From: an uncultured Gemmatimonadaceae bacterium | GTDB lineage: Bacteria > Gemmatimonadota > Gemmatimonadetes > Gemmatimonadales > GWC2-71-9 | Direction: 5' to 3' | DNA length: 64,000 nt | Assembly: GCA_964449145.1 (NCBI GenBank) | Contig: CAYUYF010000009.1 | Span: 8,938 to 72,937 of the forward strand | Part shown: positions 47,073 through 57,256 of the stretch, piece by piece | Numbering within the stretch: the stretch's first letter is position 1 | How the letters are laid out: each line of letters opens with the position of its first letter | Translations under genes and position numbers: made by a program | The notes under the pieces: generated by a model | Told to the model about the DNA's origin: nothing | Databases searched by the model: none | The model's input: the letters and a program-made list of their open reading frames with translations, nothing else

Positions 47073-49862
47073 ATGCCTGTCGCCGTCATTCGAATCGTCA
47101 ACGCCCGGGAGCACAACCTCCGCGGCATCACGGTGGATCTGCCCCGCCGCGCCCTCATCGTCATCACCGGCCCCTCGGGATCCGGCAAGAGTTCGCTGGC
47201 GTTCGACACCCTCTACGCCGAGGGCCAGCGCCGGTATATCGAGTCACTCTCCACCTACGCCAAGCAGTTCCTTGAGCGGATGCCCAAGCCCCTGGTGGAC
47301 CGGCTGGAGGGCCTGGCACCCGCGGTCGCCATCGAACAGCGGAGCCCGACTGTCTCCAGCCGCTCCACCGTCGGCACCGCGACCGAGATCTACGACCATC
47401 TGCGGTTGCTCTGGGCCCGGGTCGGCCGGCAGTTCTGCCAGCGCTGCGGCGCACCGGTCCGCAAGGACACCCCCCAGTCCGCCGCGGGCGACGTCCTCAC
47501 CGCCGGCGCCGCCCGGGTGCAGGTGGCCTTCCCGCTCCCGGCCACGGCCCGCCTCAATCACGCCGCCATCGTGGACAACCTGTCCGCACTGGGGTTCGTG
47601 CGCGTCATTGCCGATGGCGAGCCGCGTCACCTCGAGGAGCTGCCCCCGGACGCCGATCTGGCCGGGACCACGGAGCTGCTGGTGGTGGTCGACCGGCTGC
47701 TCCTCGCCGAAGGCCCGGGCCGGCTGGCCGAGGCCATCGCCACCGCCTTCGCGGAGGGCGAGGGCGTCGCCGTCGTCCTGCATGATGGCGGGCGGCTCCG
47801 CTTCACCGAGCGCCCCGCCTGCAGCCAGTGCGATACGCCGGCCGTGACGGTGACGCCGGCGCTGTTCTCCTTCAACAACCCGCGCGGTGCCTGCCAGGCC
47901 TGCAACGGCTTCGGCGCGGTGCTGGAGTACGATGAATCGCTGATCGTTCCCGATCCCGGGCGGAGCCTGTCCGAGGGCGCCATCGATCCATGGACCAAGC
48001 CCCGCTATGAGAGCCGGCGCCGCATGCTCCTCAATGCCGCGCGGAACCTCGGCGCCGATCCCGACCGTCCCTGGTCCAAGCTCACCGCGGTGCAGCGCCG
48101 GGAGCTCCTCTTCGGCAAGGTGGGGCGCTACCTCGGCATCTTCCCGTTCCTCAAGGGCCTGGAGGCCAAACGGTACAAGCAGTACATCCGGGTCTTCCTG
48201 CGGCAGTACCAGCTCGCCCGCACCTGCCCCGGATGCCAGGGAACCAGACTCAATCCGCAGGCGCTTGCCGTCCGGGTAGCCGGCGAGACCATCGCCGCCC
48301 TCGCCGCCCGCCCGGTCGATGCGCTGGCCGGGTGGATCCACGGCCTCGCCCTGAGCGACTACGAGCGGGGGATTGCGGCGCTCATCCTGAGCCAGCTGGA
48401 CCAGCGGGTGACCTATCTCCGCGATGTCGGGCTGGGCTACCTCACCCTGGACCGGCTCACCCGGACCCTCTCCGGCGGCGAGGCCCAGCGCATCGCATTG
48501 TCCAACGCCATCGGCTCGCGGCTGGTGGATGCCCTCTACGTGCTGGACGAACCGTCCATCGGGCTGCACCCGCGCGACATTGACCGCCTGCTGGGGCTGC
48601 TGGAACGGCTGCGCGACCAGGGCAACACCGTCATCGTTGTCGAGCACGACCCGGCGGCGATGCGCCGAGCCGATTTCATGCTCGAGCTGGGCCCCGGCGC
48701 CGGCGAGCACGGCGGGAACATCGTCTACGCCGGCCCCCTCAGCGAGGCGGGAGAGTCCCTCACCGGACAGTATCTCTCCGGCCGGAAGCGGATCGGCGTG
48801 CCGAGTGCCCGGCGTCCGCTGGGACCCTGGCTCCGGCTCCGCGGCGCCACCCTGCACAACCTGGGAGGAGTGGATGCCGACATTCCGCTCGGAGCCCTGA
48901 CGGCCGTCACCGGCGTCTCCGGTTCCGGCAAGAGCACGCTGGTCCACGATGTGCTCTACCGCCAGCTGGAGGCCCGCTTCCACGGCGGGCACTCCGCCAA
49001 GGAACACCTCGGCGAGGTCGTCGGGCGTGTGAGCGAGTTGCGGGGCGCGGAGCAGCTCGAGGATGTGCTGCTCATTGACCAGGCGCCCATCGGCCGGACG
49101 CCGCGATCCAACCCCATCACCTACGTGAAGGGATTCGACGAGATCCGCGAGCTGTTTGCCGGGCTGCCCGAGGCGCGGCGGCGGCGGCTGACGCCAGCGT
49201 CGTTTTCCTTCAACATGGCCGGTGGCCGCTGCGAGAGCTGCGAAGGGGCCGGCGCCGTGCTGGTGGAGATGGTCTTCCTGGCGGACGTCTACGTGCCCTG
49301 TGAGGCGTGCGGCGGGACCCGCTACCGGCGGGAGGTCCTCGACGTGAAGCTGCGCGGGGCCTCGATCGCGGATGTGCTGCAGCTGACGGTCGAGGAAGCC
49401 ATGCGCCGCTTTCATCATCAGCCCAGGCTGGGGCAGGCGCTCTGGCAGCTGCAGCAGGTCGGACTCGGCTACCTCCGCCTTGGCCAGCCCGCCACGACCC
49501 TCTCCGGGGGGGAGGCGCAGCGGCTCAAGATCGCCCGCGAGCTGGCCCGGTCCGGGAAGCGCGGCGGGCGCAAGCTGTACATCCTCGATGAGCCCACCAC
49601 CGGGCTCCACCTCGAGGACGTCCGGGTGCTCATCCACGTGCTGGAGCGCCTCGTGGATGCGGGCAACACCGTGCTCGTCATCGAGCACCACCTCGATGTG
49701 ATCAAGCGGGCGGACTGGGTCATCGACCTCGGCCCCGAAGCCGGCGATGGCGGCGGGCGCATCGTGGCCCAGGGGACGCCCGAGCAGCTGGCCGCCGTCG
49801 AGGCCTCACACACTGGGCGCTACCTCCGGGAGGTGTTAGCCGAGCCGGCGGCGGTGCCATGA
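47073..49862 (+). CDS. uvrA: Excinuclease ABC subunit A
   Basis: IRIVNAREHNLRGITVDLPR..L.VITGPSGSGKSSLAFDTLYAEGQRRY, two ABC modules, zinc-finger Cys pairs, and LSGGEAQR twice. The first 375 codons of track ORF 45948..49862 are antisense to the UPF0104 gene and are rejected. Confidence 0.97.
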   Translation: MPVAVIRIVNAREHNLRGITVDLPRRALIVITGPSGSGKSSLAFDTLYAEGQRRYIESLSTYAKQFLERMPKPLVDRLEGLAPAVAIEQRSPTVSSRSTVGTATEIYDHLRLLWARVGRQFCQRCGAPVRKDTPQSAAGDVLTAGAARVQVAFPLPATARLNHAAIVDNLSALGFVRVIADGEPRHLEELPPDADLAGTTELLVVVDRLLLAEGPGRLAEAIATAFAEGEGVAVVLHDGGRLRFTERPACSQCDTPAVTVTPALFSFNNPRGACQACNGFGAVLEYDESLIVPDPGRSLSEGAIDPWTKPRYESRRRMLLNAARNLGADPDRPWSKLTAVQRRELLFGKVGRYLGIFPFLKGLEAKRYKQYIRVFLRQYQLARTCPGCQGTRLNPQALAVRVAGETIAALAARPVDALAGWIHGLALSDYERGIAALILSQLDQRVTYLRDVGLGYLTLDRLTRTLSGGEAQRIALSNAIGSRLVDALYVLDEPSIGLHPRDIDRLLGLLERLRDQGNTVIVVEHDPAAMRRADFMLELGPGAGEHGGNIVYAGPLSEAGESLTGQYLSGRKRIGVPSARRPLGPWLRLRGATLHNLGGVDADIPLGALTAVTGVSGSGKSTLVHDVLYRQLEARFHGGHSAKEHLGEVVGRVSELRGAEQLEDVLLIDQAPIGRTPRSNPITYVKGFDEIRELFAGLPEARRRRLTPASFSFNMAGGRCESCEGAGAVLVEMVFLADVYVPCEACGGTRYRREVLDVKLRGASIADVLQLTVEEAMRRFHHQPRLGQALWQLQQVGLGYLRLGQPATTLSGGEAQRLKIARELARSGKRGGRKLYILDEPTTGLHLEDVRVLIHVLERLVDAGNTVLVIEHHLDVIKRADWVIDLGPEAGDGGGRIVAQGTPEQLAAVEASHTGRYLREVLAEPAAVP

Positions 49863-50722
49863 CCCGCCGCGGTGCGATCTACTCCCTCTGGGTGACCTGC
49901 CTCATCTGGGGAGCCGCCTTCCCGCTCGCCAAGCTCGCCCTGGCGGACGCCTCCCCCATGGCCTTTACCGCCGCGCGCTTCCTGCTGGCCGCCGTCCTGC
50001 TGCTGCCGGTGCTCCGTGACATCACCCCGGAGGAGTGGCGCTGGGGTGGCATGTTAGGCTTCCTGCTGGCCATCGGCTTCGCCACCCAGACCATAGGGCT
50101 CGACTACACCACCGCCAGCCGGTCCGGCTTCCTCACCGCCCTCTACATCCCGTTCACGCCGATCATCGTCTTTCTCGTCTTCCGGACCCTGCCGGGGCTG
50201 GCCGCCGCCACCGGGCTGCTGGTGGCGATGGCGGGGATGGTGCTGCTCACGGGTCCGGGGGAGATCGGTGGCGGGTTCAACCGGGGTGACCTGCTCACCG
50301 TGGCCTGCGCGGTGGCCTTTGCGGCCCACATGGTGGTAACCAGCAGCGCCGCCCAGCGGGGCCGTCCCGAGCGGCTGATGGCGGCGCAAGTCGTGGTGGG
50401 GGCGGTGCTGACCACCGTGGCCACGCCGCTCCTGGAGGTGCCCCGGATCTCCCCCACCCCGCTGCTGCTGGGCATCGTGGTGTACGAGGCGGTGCTGGCC
50501 AGCCTGATCGCCATCCGGCTGCAGCTGGCGGCTCAGCGGGTGCTCTCACCCACCTACAGCGCGCTGGTCTTTACCCTGGAACCGGTCATTGCGAGTGGGA
50601 TGAGTTTCCTGCTCACCGGCGACCGGCTGGTGGCCCTGCAATGGGCCGGAGGGGCGCTGATCGTGATGGGCAGTCTGCTGCCGGAGCTCAACCGGCTCGG
50701 CCAGCGGGCGGATGCTGCCTAG
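49859..50722 (+). CDS. DMT-superfamily (EamA-like) transporter
   Basis: ATGA overlap with the uvrA stop. 287 aa, about 10 TM helices, two EamA-like halves. Confidence 0.8.
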   Translation: MTRRGAIYSLWVTCLIWGAAFPLAKLALADASPMAFTAARFLLAAVLLLPVLRDITPEEWRWGGMLGFLLAIGFATQTIGLDYTTASRSGFLTALYIPFTPIIVFLVFRTLPGLAAATGLLVAMAGMVLLTGPGEIGGGFNRGDLLTVACAVAFAAHMVVTSSAAQRGRPERLMAAQVVVGAVLTTVATPLLEVPRISPTPLLLGIVVYEAVLASLIAIRLQLAAQRVLSPTYSALVFTLEPVIASGMSFLLTGDRLVALQWAGGALIVMGSLLPELNRLGQRADAA

Positions 50723-51840
50723 GAGCCGGCCGCCCGGCGGGCCGGCGCCGGCCCGCCGATGCCGGCGCGGCGGAGTGCGGCATCGGCTTCGCGGAGCACC
50801 GCCTCCGTGGCCCCCCAGTCCAGGCAGGCATCGGTGATGGACACCCCGTATGCCAGCTCGGCCGGCGACGAGCCCAGCCGCTGGCTCCCTCCAGTCAGGT
50901 GGCTCTCGAGCATGGCACCCATGATCGGAGAACTGCCACCGGCCACCTGCGAGACCACTTCCCGCAGAACGGCGGGCTGGCGGGTGTAGTCCTTGTTCGA
51001 GTTGCCGTGGCTGCAGTCCACCATCACCCGGGCCGGCTGGCCGCGCCGGGCGCACAAGAGCGCCGCCTCGGCCACCGAAGCAGCATCGTAGTTGGTCCGG
51101 CCGCCGCCGCCGCGCAGCACCAGGTGCCGCTCGGGATTCCCGGTCGTGTGCACCACGGCCCCCCGCCCGTCATCGTCCATGCCAAGAAACGTGTGGGGGG
51201 TGCCGGCGGCCTCGAGCGCATCCAGGGCGATTTGCAGGTTCCCGTCGGTCGTGTTCTTGAAGCCGACCGGCATGGAGAGGCCGCTCGCCATCTCCCGGTG
51301 GGTCTGCGACTCGGCGGTCCGGGCTCCGATCGCGGTCCAGCTGACCAGGTCGGCGATGTACTGCGGTACCACCGGGCCCAGCAGCTCGGTGGCCGCGGGC
51401 AGCCCGAGTTCGGTGATCTCGAGCAGCAGCGAGCGGGCCACCCGGAGCCCCGTGGCCATGTCCCGGGTCCCGTCCAGGTGCGGATCGTTGATCAGCCCCT
51501 TCCAGCCGATGGTCGTGCGGGGCTTCTCGAAGTACACCCGCATCACCAGCGCCAGCGTGGCCGAGAGCTCGCTGCGAAGGACCGCCAGGCGGCGGGCATA
51601 CTCCAGCGCCGCGGCCGGGTCGTGAATCGAGCACGGACCCACCACGACCAGGAGCCGGGGATCGCTGCCGCCGAGGATCGCCCCGACCTCCCGCCGGCCC
51701 TCCAGCACCGTGGTGGCGGCGCGCCGGGTCAGCGGCAGCTCGGCGAGCAGCGTCCGAGGCGCCGCCAGCGGTTCGAACCGGGTGACGTGCAGGTTGCTGG
51801 TTGCAGGGACGAACGGATTCATGGACAACATCTGCTCCAT
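50719..51840 (-). CDS. 3-deoxy-7-phosphoheptulonate (DAHP) synthase, class I (AroF/G/H type)
   Basis: DPRLLVVVGPCSIHD, YFEKPRTT.GWKGLINDP, KNTTDGN and DCSH.NS. The start could be ATG 51840 or 51822. Its stop overlaps the convergent EamA stop (CTAG at 50719-22). Confidence 0.9.
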   Translation of the reverse strand: MEQMLSMNPFVPATSNLHVTRFEPLAAPRTLLAELPLTRRAATTVLEGRREVGAILGGSDPRLLVVVGPCSIHDPAAALEYARRLAVLRSELSATLALVMRVYFEKPRTTIGWKGLINDPHLDGTRDMATGLRVARSLLLEITELGLPAATELLGPVVPQYIADLVSWTAIGARTAESQTHREMASGLSMPVGFKNTTDGNLQIALDALEAAGTPHTFLGMDDDGRGAVVHTTGNPERHLVLRGGGGRTNYDAASVAEAALLCARRGQPARVMVDCSHGNSNKDYTRQPAVLREVVSQVAGGSSPIMGAMLESHLTGGSQRLGSSPAELAYGVSITDACLDWGATEAVLREADAALRRAGIGGPAPARRAAGS

Positions 51841-51926
51841 GGCGATGCGCGCAGGGGGAAAGCATAAACATGCAGCTGGCCGGCCGGTCGCGCCAGAGCC
51901 TCGCAGGCCGTACCTTCCCTCTTCCC

Positions 51927-52832
51927 ATGCCGGAACTGCCTGACATCCGACTCTACCTCCACGCGCTGGCACCCCGGCTCCTGGGCCAGCCCCTGGCCGG
52001 CATCCGGCTGGTCCGGCCCTTCTTGTTGCGGAGCGTCCAGCCTCCCCTGGAGGCGGCGGCGGGGCAGCGGGTCGTCTCGCTCGAGCGCATCGGCAAGCGG
52101 ATCGTGATCGGGCTGGAAGGAGAGCTGTTCCTGGTCGTGCACCTGATGATCGCGGGCCGCTTCCGCTGGCTCAAAGCCGGTGCCAAACCGCCCGGAAAAC
52201 TGGGGCTGGCCTGCTTCGACTTCCCCGCCGGCACCCTGGCCCTCACCGAGGCCGGCTCCCAGCGCCGGGCCTCCCTCCACGTCGTGGCCGGCCGAGCCGC
52301 GCTGAGCACATTTGATCGGGGTGGCGTGGACCCGGACACCGTGACAACCGCGCGCTTCGCCGCCGCCCTCCGCCGCGAGAACCACACCCTCAAGCGGGCG
52401 CTCACCGACCCCTCGATCCTCGACGGAATCGGCAACGCCTACTCCGATGAGATTCTGCATCGGGCCCGGCTCTCCCCGTTTGCCCTCACCTCCCGCCTCG
52501 ACGACGCCGAGTACCTGCGGCTGCACCAGGCCACCTGTGCCGTCCTCAGCCAATGGACGACCAGCCTGATCGAGGAGTGCGGATCGGGATTCCCGGCGAA
52601 GGTCACCGCCTTCCGGGACGGCATGGCGGTCCACGGCCGCTATCGCCTGCCCTGCCCGGTCTGCGGCACGGCTGTCCAGCGGATCCGGTACGCCGCCAAC
52701 GAGACCAATTACTGCCCCACCTGCCAGACCGAGGGACGACTGCTGGCCGACCGGGCGCTCAGCCGGCTGCTGCGCGAGGACTGGCCCCGCTCCGTGGAAG
52801 AACTCGAAGAGCTCCGGAGCCCCCGCCCGTGA
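51927..52832 (+). CDS. Fpg/Nei-family DNA glycosylase
   Basis: N-terminal MPELPD, H2TH region (LTDPSILDGIGNAYSDEILH), and a C-terminal zinc finger CPVCG...YCPTCQ. Confidence 0.85.
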   Translation: MPELPDIRLYLHALAPRLLGQPLAGIRLVRPFLLRSVQPPLEAAAGQRVVSLERIGKRIVIGLEGELFLVVHLMIAGRFRWLKAGAKPPGKLGLACFDFPAGTLALTEAGSQRRASLHVVAGRAALSTFDRGGVDPDTVTTARFAAALRRENHTLKRALTDPSILDGIGNAYSDEILHRARLSPFALTSRLDDAEYLRLHQATCAVLSQWTTSLIEECGSGFPAKVTAFRDGMAVHGRYRLPCPVCGTAVQRIRYAANETNYCPTCQTEGRLLADRALSRLLREDWPRSVEELEELRSPRP

Positions 52833-54163
52833 GGCCGGCGCTCGCCCGCGACATCGGGCGCTGGAGCCTGGCGGCCCTGGTGCTCAATGGGGTCATCGGC
52901 AGCAGCGTCTTCGGCCTGCCCTCCGTGATCACCGGCCGCCTCGGTGCCGCGAGCCCATACGCCTGGCTGCTCGCCGCTGTGGGGATCGCGGTGATTGTCG
53001 CCTGTTTCGCGGAGGTGGCCTCGCGCTTCGAGGAGGCGGGCGGCCCATACCTCTACGCCCACGCCGCCTTCGGACGGCTGGCCGGCATCCAGATGGCGTG
53101 GTTCGCCTACCTCACCCGGCTCACCGCCTCCGCCACCAACGCCAATCTCTTCGTCATCTATCTGGGAGAGTTCTGGCCCGGCGCCCGTGAGCCGCTGGCC
53201 AATCGTCTGGTGCTGGCCGCAGTCATCGTGCCGCTCGCCCTGCTCAACTATCGCGGGGTGCGGCACGGCAGCCTGCTGAGCAACTGGATGATTGTCCTGA
53301 AGCTGCTCCCGCTGACGGCCTTCGTGGTTGTGGGATTGGCGCTGGCCCTCCCGGACCCGGCCGTTCCGGTCGCGGTGGTCACGCCACAGCTGCGCGATTG
53401 GCTCGACGTGATCTTGCTCCTGGTCTTCGCCTATGGCGGGTTCGAGGCCGCACTGGTGCCCCTGGCGGAGGCCAGGCAGCCCCGGCGCGATGCCCCGTTC
53501 GCGCTCTTCCTGAACCTCGGCGTCTGCGCCGCCCTCTATTTCCTGGTGCAGCTCGTCGTCAACAGCGCCCTTCCCGACCCCGCAGCGACCGACCGGCCGC
53601 TGGCCGCGGCGGCGGGGGCTATGCTCGGACCGGCTGGAGCCACGCTCCTGGCGATCGCCGCACTCATCTCGGTCTACGGTTACCTCGCCGGCGCAATGGT
53701 CAATGTGCCGCGCCTGACCTACGCCATGGCCGAGCGCGGCGACCTGCCGGGGATTCTCGGACGAGTTCACGCTCGGTTCCGGACTCCCTACGTCTCGGTG
53801 GCAGTGTTCGCCATCCTGGTCCTGCTGCTCGCCTCGCTGAGCGGGTTCCTGCAGAACCTCACCCTGTCCGCCGTCTCCAGGCTGCTCACCTATGGGCTGG
53901 TGTGCGCCGCTTTGCCGGCCTTCCGGGCCCGCGACCGCCGCCCCGGGACTGCACCGGTGCGGCAAGCCGGCCTGATCCTCCCGTGGGGAATGGTGTGGGC
54001 GGGGCTCGGCATCGGGTTTTCACTTCTGATGGCGACGCGGATGACCCAGAAGGAGGCCCCGGTCCTGGTAGCGACCCTGCTGCTGGGATACCTCAACTGG
54101 CTGTGGAGCCGTCGGCGAGTGACGGCGCGGACCGACCTCCCCGACGTATCGCCCCCGCCCTGA
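52829..54163 (+). CDS. APC-superfamily amino acid/polyamine permease
   Basis: The GTG start overlaps the fpg/nei stop (GTGA). About 12 TM helices. The N-terminal motif is VLNGVIGSSVFGLP...FAEVASRF.EAGGPY.Y. Confidence 0.8.
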   Translation: MRPALARDIGRWSLAALVLNGVIGSSVFGLPSVITGRLGAASPYAWLLAAVGIAVIVACFAEVASRFEEAGGPYLYAHAAFGRLAGIQMAWFAYLTRLTASATNANLFVIYLGEFWPGAREPLANRLVLAAVIVPLALLNYRGVRHGSLLSNWMIVLKLLPLTAFVVVGLALALPDPAVPVAVVTPQLRDWLDVILLLVFAYGGFEAALVPLAEARQPRRDAPFALFLNLGVCAALYFLVQLVVNSALPDPAATDRPLAAAAGAMLGPAGATLLAIAALISVYGYLAGAMVNVPRLTYAMAERGDLPGILGRVHARFRTPYVSVAVFAILVLLLASLSGFLQNLTLSAVSRLLTYGLVCAALPAFRARDRRPGTAPVRQAGLILPWGMVWAGLGIGFSLLMATRMTQKEAPVLVATLLLGYLNWLWSRRRVTARTDLPDVSPPP

Positions 54164-54235
54164 ACGGGCGCGTCGCTCCGCGACCGGCTACGATGCGATC
54201 CGAAACATTCCCAGGACGAGCCTCGTTCACCCCAG

Positions 54236-55474
54236 ATGCGCAACCTCTCCGCAGCATCCGTTCTTGTCGGCTTTGCGACGCTCCGAGCCAACCCGCTCCG
54301 AACCACCCTCTCCACCTTGGGTGTCGTCATCGGCGCCGGATCTCTGGTGGCCGTTCTCTCGCTGAGCGACGGCATGGAGCAGTTCGTCCGGGAGCAGATC
54401 GCCCAGTCTACCGACGTGCAATCCATCGTGCTCTCGTCGCGGACCTCCATGGTCATCGACGGTCAGACCTTTCCGGTCGAGGGCTACCCTGTGTTCACCC
54501 CGGAGGATGTATCCGAGCTGGTGGCCGCCACGCCCGGCGCCGACCAGGCGATCCTGACGGCGGGCGGCCGCTCCGACATCGCTGGTCCTCAAGCCACCGT
54601 TTCCGAAGTGGGCATCGCCGCATCACTGCCCGGCCTCGCCCCCCTGCTGGGTCTGGAGTTCGCCGCTGGACGGTTCTTTTCAGCCGAGGAGGCGGGGAGC
54701 AACGCCGCAGTGGTCGTCCTCAGTCATTCCCTGGCCCGGCGGCTCACCGGCAAGCGGGCCGAGGATGCGGTGGGCACGACGGTCAGGATCAGGGAGCGTG
54801 AGCGGCAGATCGTGGGCGTGACCGCCGCGTCGGAGGGCGAACAGGTCGGGACGGCATACATCCCAATTCAGGGCATGGAGGACGCCCTGACGCCGACCCC
54901 GCAGCCGCGCGCCCCGAACATCGTGCTGCAGGCCCGGACCCTGGAGGACATCGCCGCCGTCAAGGAGGGGGCCGAGCGTTGGCTGGCCAGCCGGTTCGGC
55001 GATTGGAAAAAGGTGGCCCGGGTGGAGTCCAATCAGGCCCGCCTCAAGCAGGTCGAACAGGGGATGGCGCTGTTCCGGGTGTTCATGGGGGCCATCACCG
55101 GGATTTCTCTGCTGGTCGGGGGCATCGGCATCATGAACGTGCTGCTCGCATCGGTCACCGAGCGGACCCGTGAGATCGGCGTGCGCAAGGCAGTCGGGGC
55201 GAGCCGGGGAGACATCCTGATCCAGTTCCTGGCGGAGTCTGTAACCATTTCCGGGCTGGGCAGCGCGCTCGGCGCGGCGCTGGGGCTGGCGGGCGCCTTC
55301 GCGATTACCACCCTGATGCGACATGAGACCGAAGCCCAGGTGTACGCCGCCTTCACCTGGGGGACGGTATTGATCTGTGCCCTGGCCGCCCTGACCGTTG
55401 GCCTCACCTTTGGCTTGTACCCGGCCCTCAGGGCCTCCCGGCTCTCCCCAATCGACGCCATCCGGCACGAGTAG
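54236..55474 (+). CDS. MacB/FtsX-type ABC transporter permease (no ATPase domain)
   Basis: N-terminal L.AN.LRT.LSTLGVVIGAGSLVAV, a large periplasmic domain, and a C-terminal FtsX domain with TERTREIGVRKAVGA. Confidence 0.8.
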   Translation: MRNLSAASVLVGFATLRANPLRTTLSTLGVVIGAGSLVAVLSLSDGMEQFVREQIAQSTDVQSIVLSSRTSMVIDGQTFPVEGYPVFTPEDVSELVAATPGADQAILTAGGRSDIAGPQATVSEVGIAASLPGLAPLLGLEFAAGRFFSAEEAGSNAAVVVLSHSLARRLTGKRAEDAVGTTVRIRERERQIVGVTAASEGEQVGTAYIPIQGMEDALTPTPQPRAPNIVLQARTLEDIAAVKEGAERWLASRFGDWKKVARVESNQARLKQVEQGMALFRVFMGAITGISLLVGGIGIMNVLLASVTERTREIGVRKAVGASRGDILIQFLAESVTISGLGSALGAALGLAGAFAITTLMRHETEAQVYAAFTWGTVLICALAALTVGLTFGLYPALRASRLSPIDAIRHE

Positions 55475-55636
55475 ATCTGGAGATCGGAAGCCACCCCGAA
55501 CGAACCGCGAAAACAACCCGCGCCACCCTCGGCCTAGAGACATCACTGGGCGGAGCGGAATGGAGGGCGGTAGGTCCCCGTCGAGTGGAAGCACACTTTG
55601 ACCGCGCTCCCCCAGACCCTGGGGCCAGGAAAGCCG

Positions 55637-55664
55637 AACGGCCTAGGCGAGCGCCTAAGCCGTT
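55637..55664. terminator. Hairpin between the permease gene and tRNA-Asn (possible bidirectional terminator)
   Basis: AACGGCCTAGGC-GAGC-GCCTAAGCCGTT forms a 12-bp stem with one C/A mismatch. T-rich tracts lie on both sides (plus strand ...CAGTTTTG; minus strand TCGGCTTTCC). Confidence 0.4.
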
Positions 55665-55698
55665 GTAATATCTGCAGTTTTGTGGGGTCTTCCGACAG

Positions 55699-55771
55699 CT
55701 CCCGAGGCAGGACTCGAACCTGCGACCCGCTGATTAACAGTCAGCTGCTCTACCAACTGAGCTACTCGGGA
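55699..55771 (-). tRNA. tRNA-Asn (anticodon GUU)
   Basis: The reverse complement reads TCCCGAG-TA-GCTCAGTTGGTAGAGC...GACTGTTAATC...GGTTCGAGTCC...CTCGGGA-G. The acceptor stem is a perfect 7 bp. No CCA is encoded. Confidence 0.9.
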
Positions 55772-56170
55772 AGGCGCGAGAGAATACCAACACGGCCCCC
55801 ATAGATCAAGCGGCCCTCTGGTCATCCCTCACAGAGCCACCATAACAACATTATCGTGCCACTATCATGACATTCACGTGCCTTTCCGGCCTGCCTGATC
55901 GCCCATTGGTGCCACCGGTGAGCGGAAATCGCCCAGGCGCTCAAAATATGGCTGGCATCAGAAGTAGTTGTAAAATAACATGTTACACGTGCAGCGAGCA
56001 ACTACTCACATGAACAGAGCGCGAGTGACCGCTCACATACATAAACCGATGGGGCAAGCCTCGTTTCCCCCGAATCCGCCACTGCCTGATTGGCGTCTAA
56101 GTCGTTGTTGAAAATGCCTTTACATCCACCACCAGTACCGGACTGGCTTGGCCCCTCTACCTTTGTCCCC
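55772..56170. other. Low-GC intergenic region with no track ORF over 55805-56089 and nested inverted repeats (divergent tRNA-Asn / holB upstream region)
   Basis: My hand count over 55801-56160 gives about 53% G+C, against about 65-68% in sampled coding lines. No ORF of 60 aa or more is listed in any frame across 55805-56089. Confidence 0.7.
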
Positions 56171-57256
56171 ATGTCGACCCACCCGCTTGTTGGGCATCAT
56201 GTCGCCCGCGAACAGATTCGCAAGGCGATCAAGGGTGGCCGGCTTCCCCAGATGATCCTGCTGACTGGGGCACCGGGAGTCGGGAAGCAGCGTTTCGCCC
56301 TATGGATGGCACAGGGGCTTCTCTGTCAGGGATCGGCGGAACTTCCCTGCGGTGAGTGCCAGCCGTGCCGCCAGGTGATCGGGCTGGTTCATCCCGACGT
56401 GCACTGGTTGATGCCGGTGTCGAGGCCCAAGGCCGCCGACCCCGACAAGGCAGTGGAGGAGCTGGCGGAGCTGGTTAACGAGGTCATCGGGGAACGGCGG
56501 GAGAATTCGCTCTACCAGGCCCCGGACGGGCTGGCGGGCCACTTCGTCGCCACTGCGAGGCTGCTACAGCGCCGGGCAGCACTGACTCCGGTGGTGGGTC
56601 GGCGGAAGGTGTTCATCGTGGCGGAGGCGGACCGGCTGGTCCCCCAGGAGTCGAGCCAGGAGGCGGCCAACGCTCTCCTCAAGCTGCTGGAGGAGCCGCC
56701 GGCCGACAGCCAGTTCATCCTGACGGTCGCCGATCCGAACCGGCTGCTACCCACGGTGCGCTCCCGGCTGGTCCAGCTCAGGCTGGGTCGGCTGACGCCG
56801 CCCGAGGTCGAGGAAGTCCTGGTGGCAGGGGGGAAGCCGGGGGGGGCCGAGACCAGCCGGATCGCGGCGGCGGCGGAGGGATCCCCGGGAAGGGCGCTGG
56901 CCCTGAGCGAGGACACCGCCAAGGCACACCGCGCGGTGGAGGAGCTGCTCCGGGCGGTAACCGCCGGCGGATCGGCCCGGGCCGAGCGGGCGCTGAAGCA
57001 GGGGCCGTGGGCGGCCCGGGGAGATTTCACCGCGATGCTGGACGCCCTGGCCGACAGCCTCGGCGAGGCGGCCCGGCTCGCGACCGGTGGTCGGCCAAGG
57101 CACCAGCTGCCGGAGCCGTTGCTCCAGCCCCGGCCGATCGGTGCGCTGGTGGCCGCGCAGGAGCGGGTGGCACGGGCCAGGGACGCGGCGCAGGGCAACG
57201 TGAACCCCCAGCTGCTGCTCATGGCACTGGCCGACGACTTGGCGGAGGTGCTGTGA
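56171..57256 (+). CDS. holB: DNA polymerase III delta-prime subunit
   Basis: [17 protein letters not shown], the zinc module C.GECQPC.....HPD, and EADRL....ANALLK.LEEPP. Confidence 0.8.
   Translation: MSTHPLVGHHVAREQIRKAIKGGRLPQMILLTGAPGVGKQRFALWMAQGLLCQGSAELPCGECQPCRQVIGLVHPDVHWLMPVSRPKAADPDKAVEELAELVNEVIGERRENSLYQAPDGLAGHFVATARLLQRRAALTPVVGRRKVFIVAEADRLVPQESSQEAANALLKLLEEPPADSQFILTVADPNRLLPTVRSRLVQLRLGRLTPPEVEEVLVAGGKPGGAETSRIAAAAEGSPGRALALSEDTAKAHRAVEELLRAVTAGGSARAERALKQGPWAARGDFTAMLDALADSLGEAARLATGGRPRHQLPEPLLQPRPIGALVAAQERVARARDAAQGNVNPQLLLMALADDLAEVL

Noticed and set aside
50719-50722. Overlapping convergent stop codons (CTAG) of the EamA and DAHP synthase genes, and the 12-nt tail overlap at 24108..24119
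   Set aside because: This reflects compact genome packing. No functional element is implied.
55475-56170. Genomic island or integrated element at tRNA-Asn
   Set aside because: There is no integrase, no phage or transposon genes, and I saw no direct repeat of the tRNA 3' end. The low-GC stretch lies on the 5' (promoter) side of the tRNA and is only about 400 bp.
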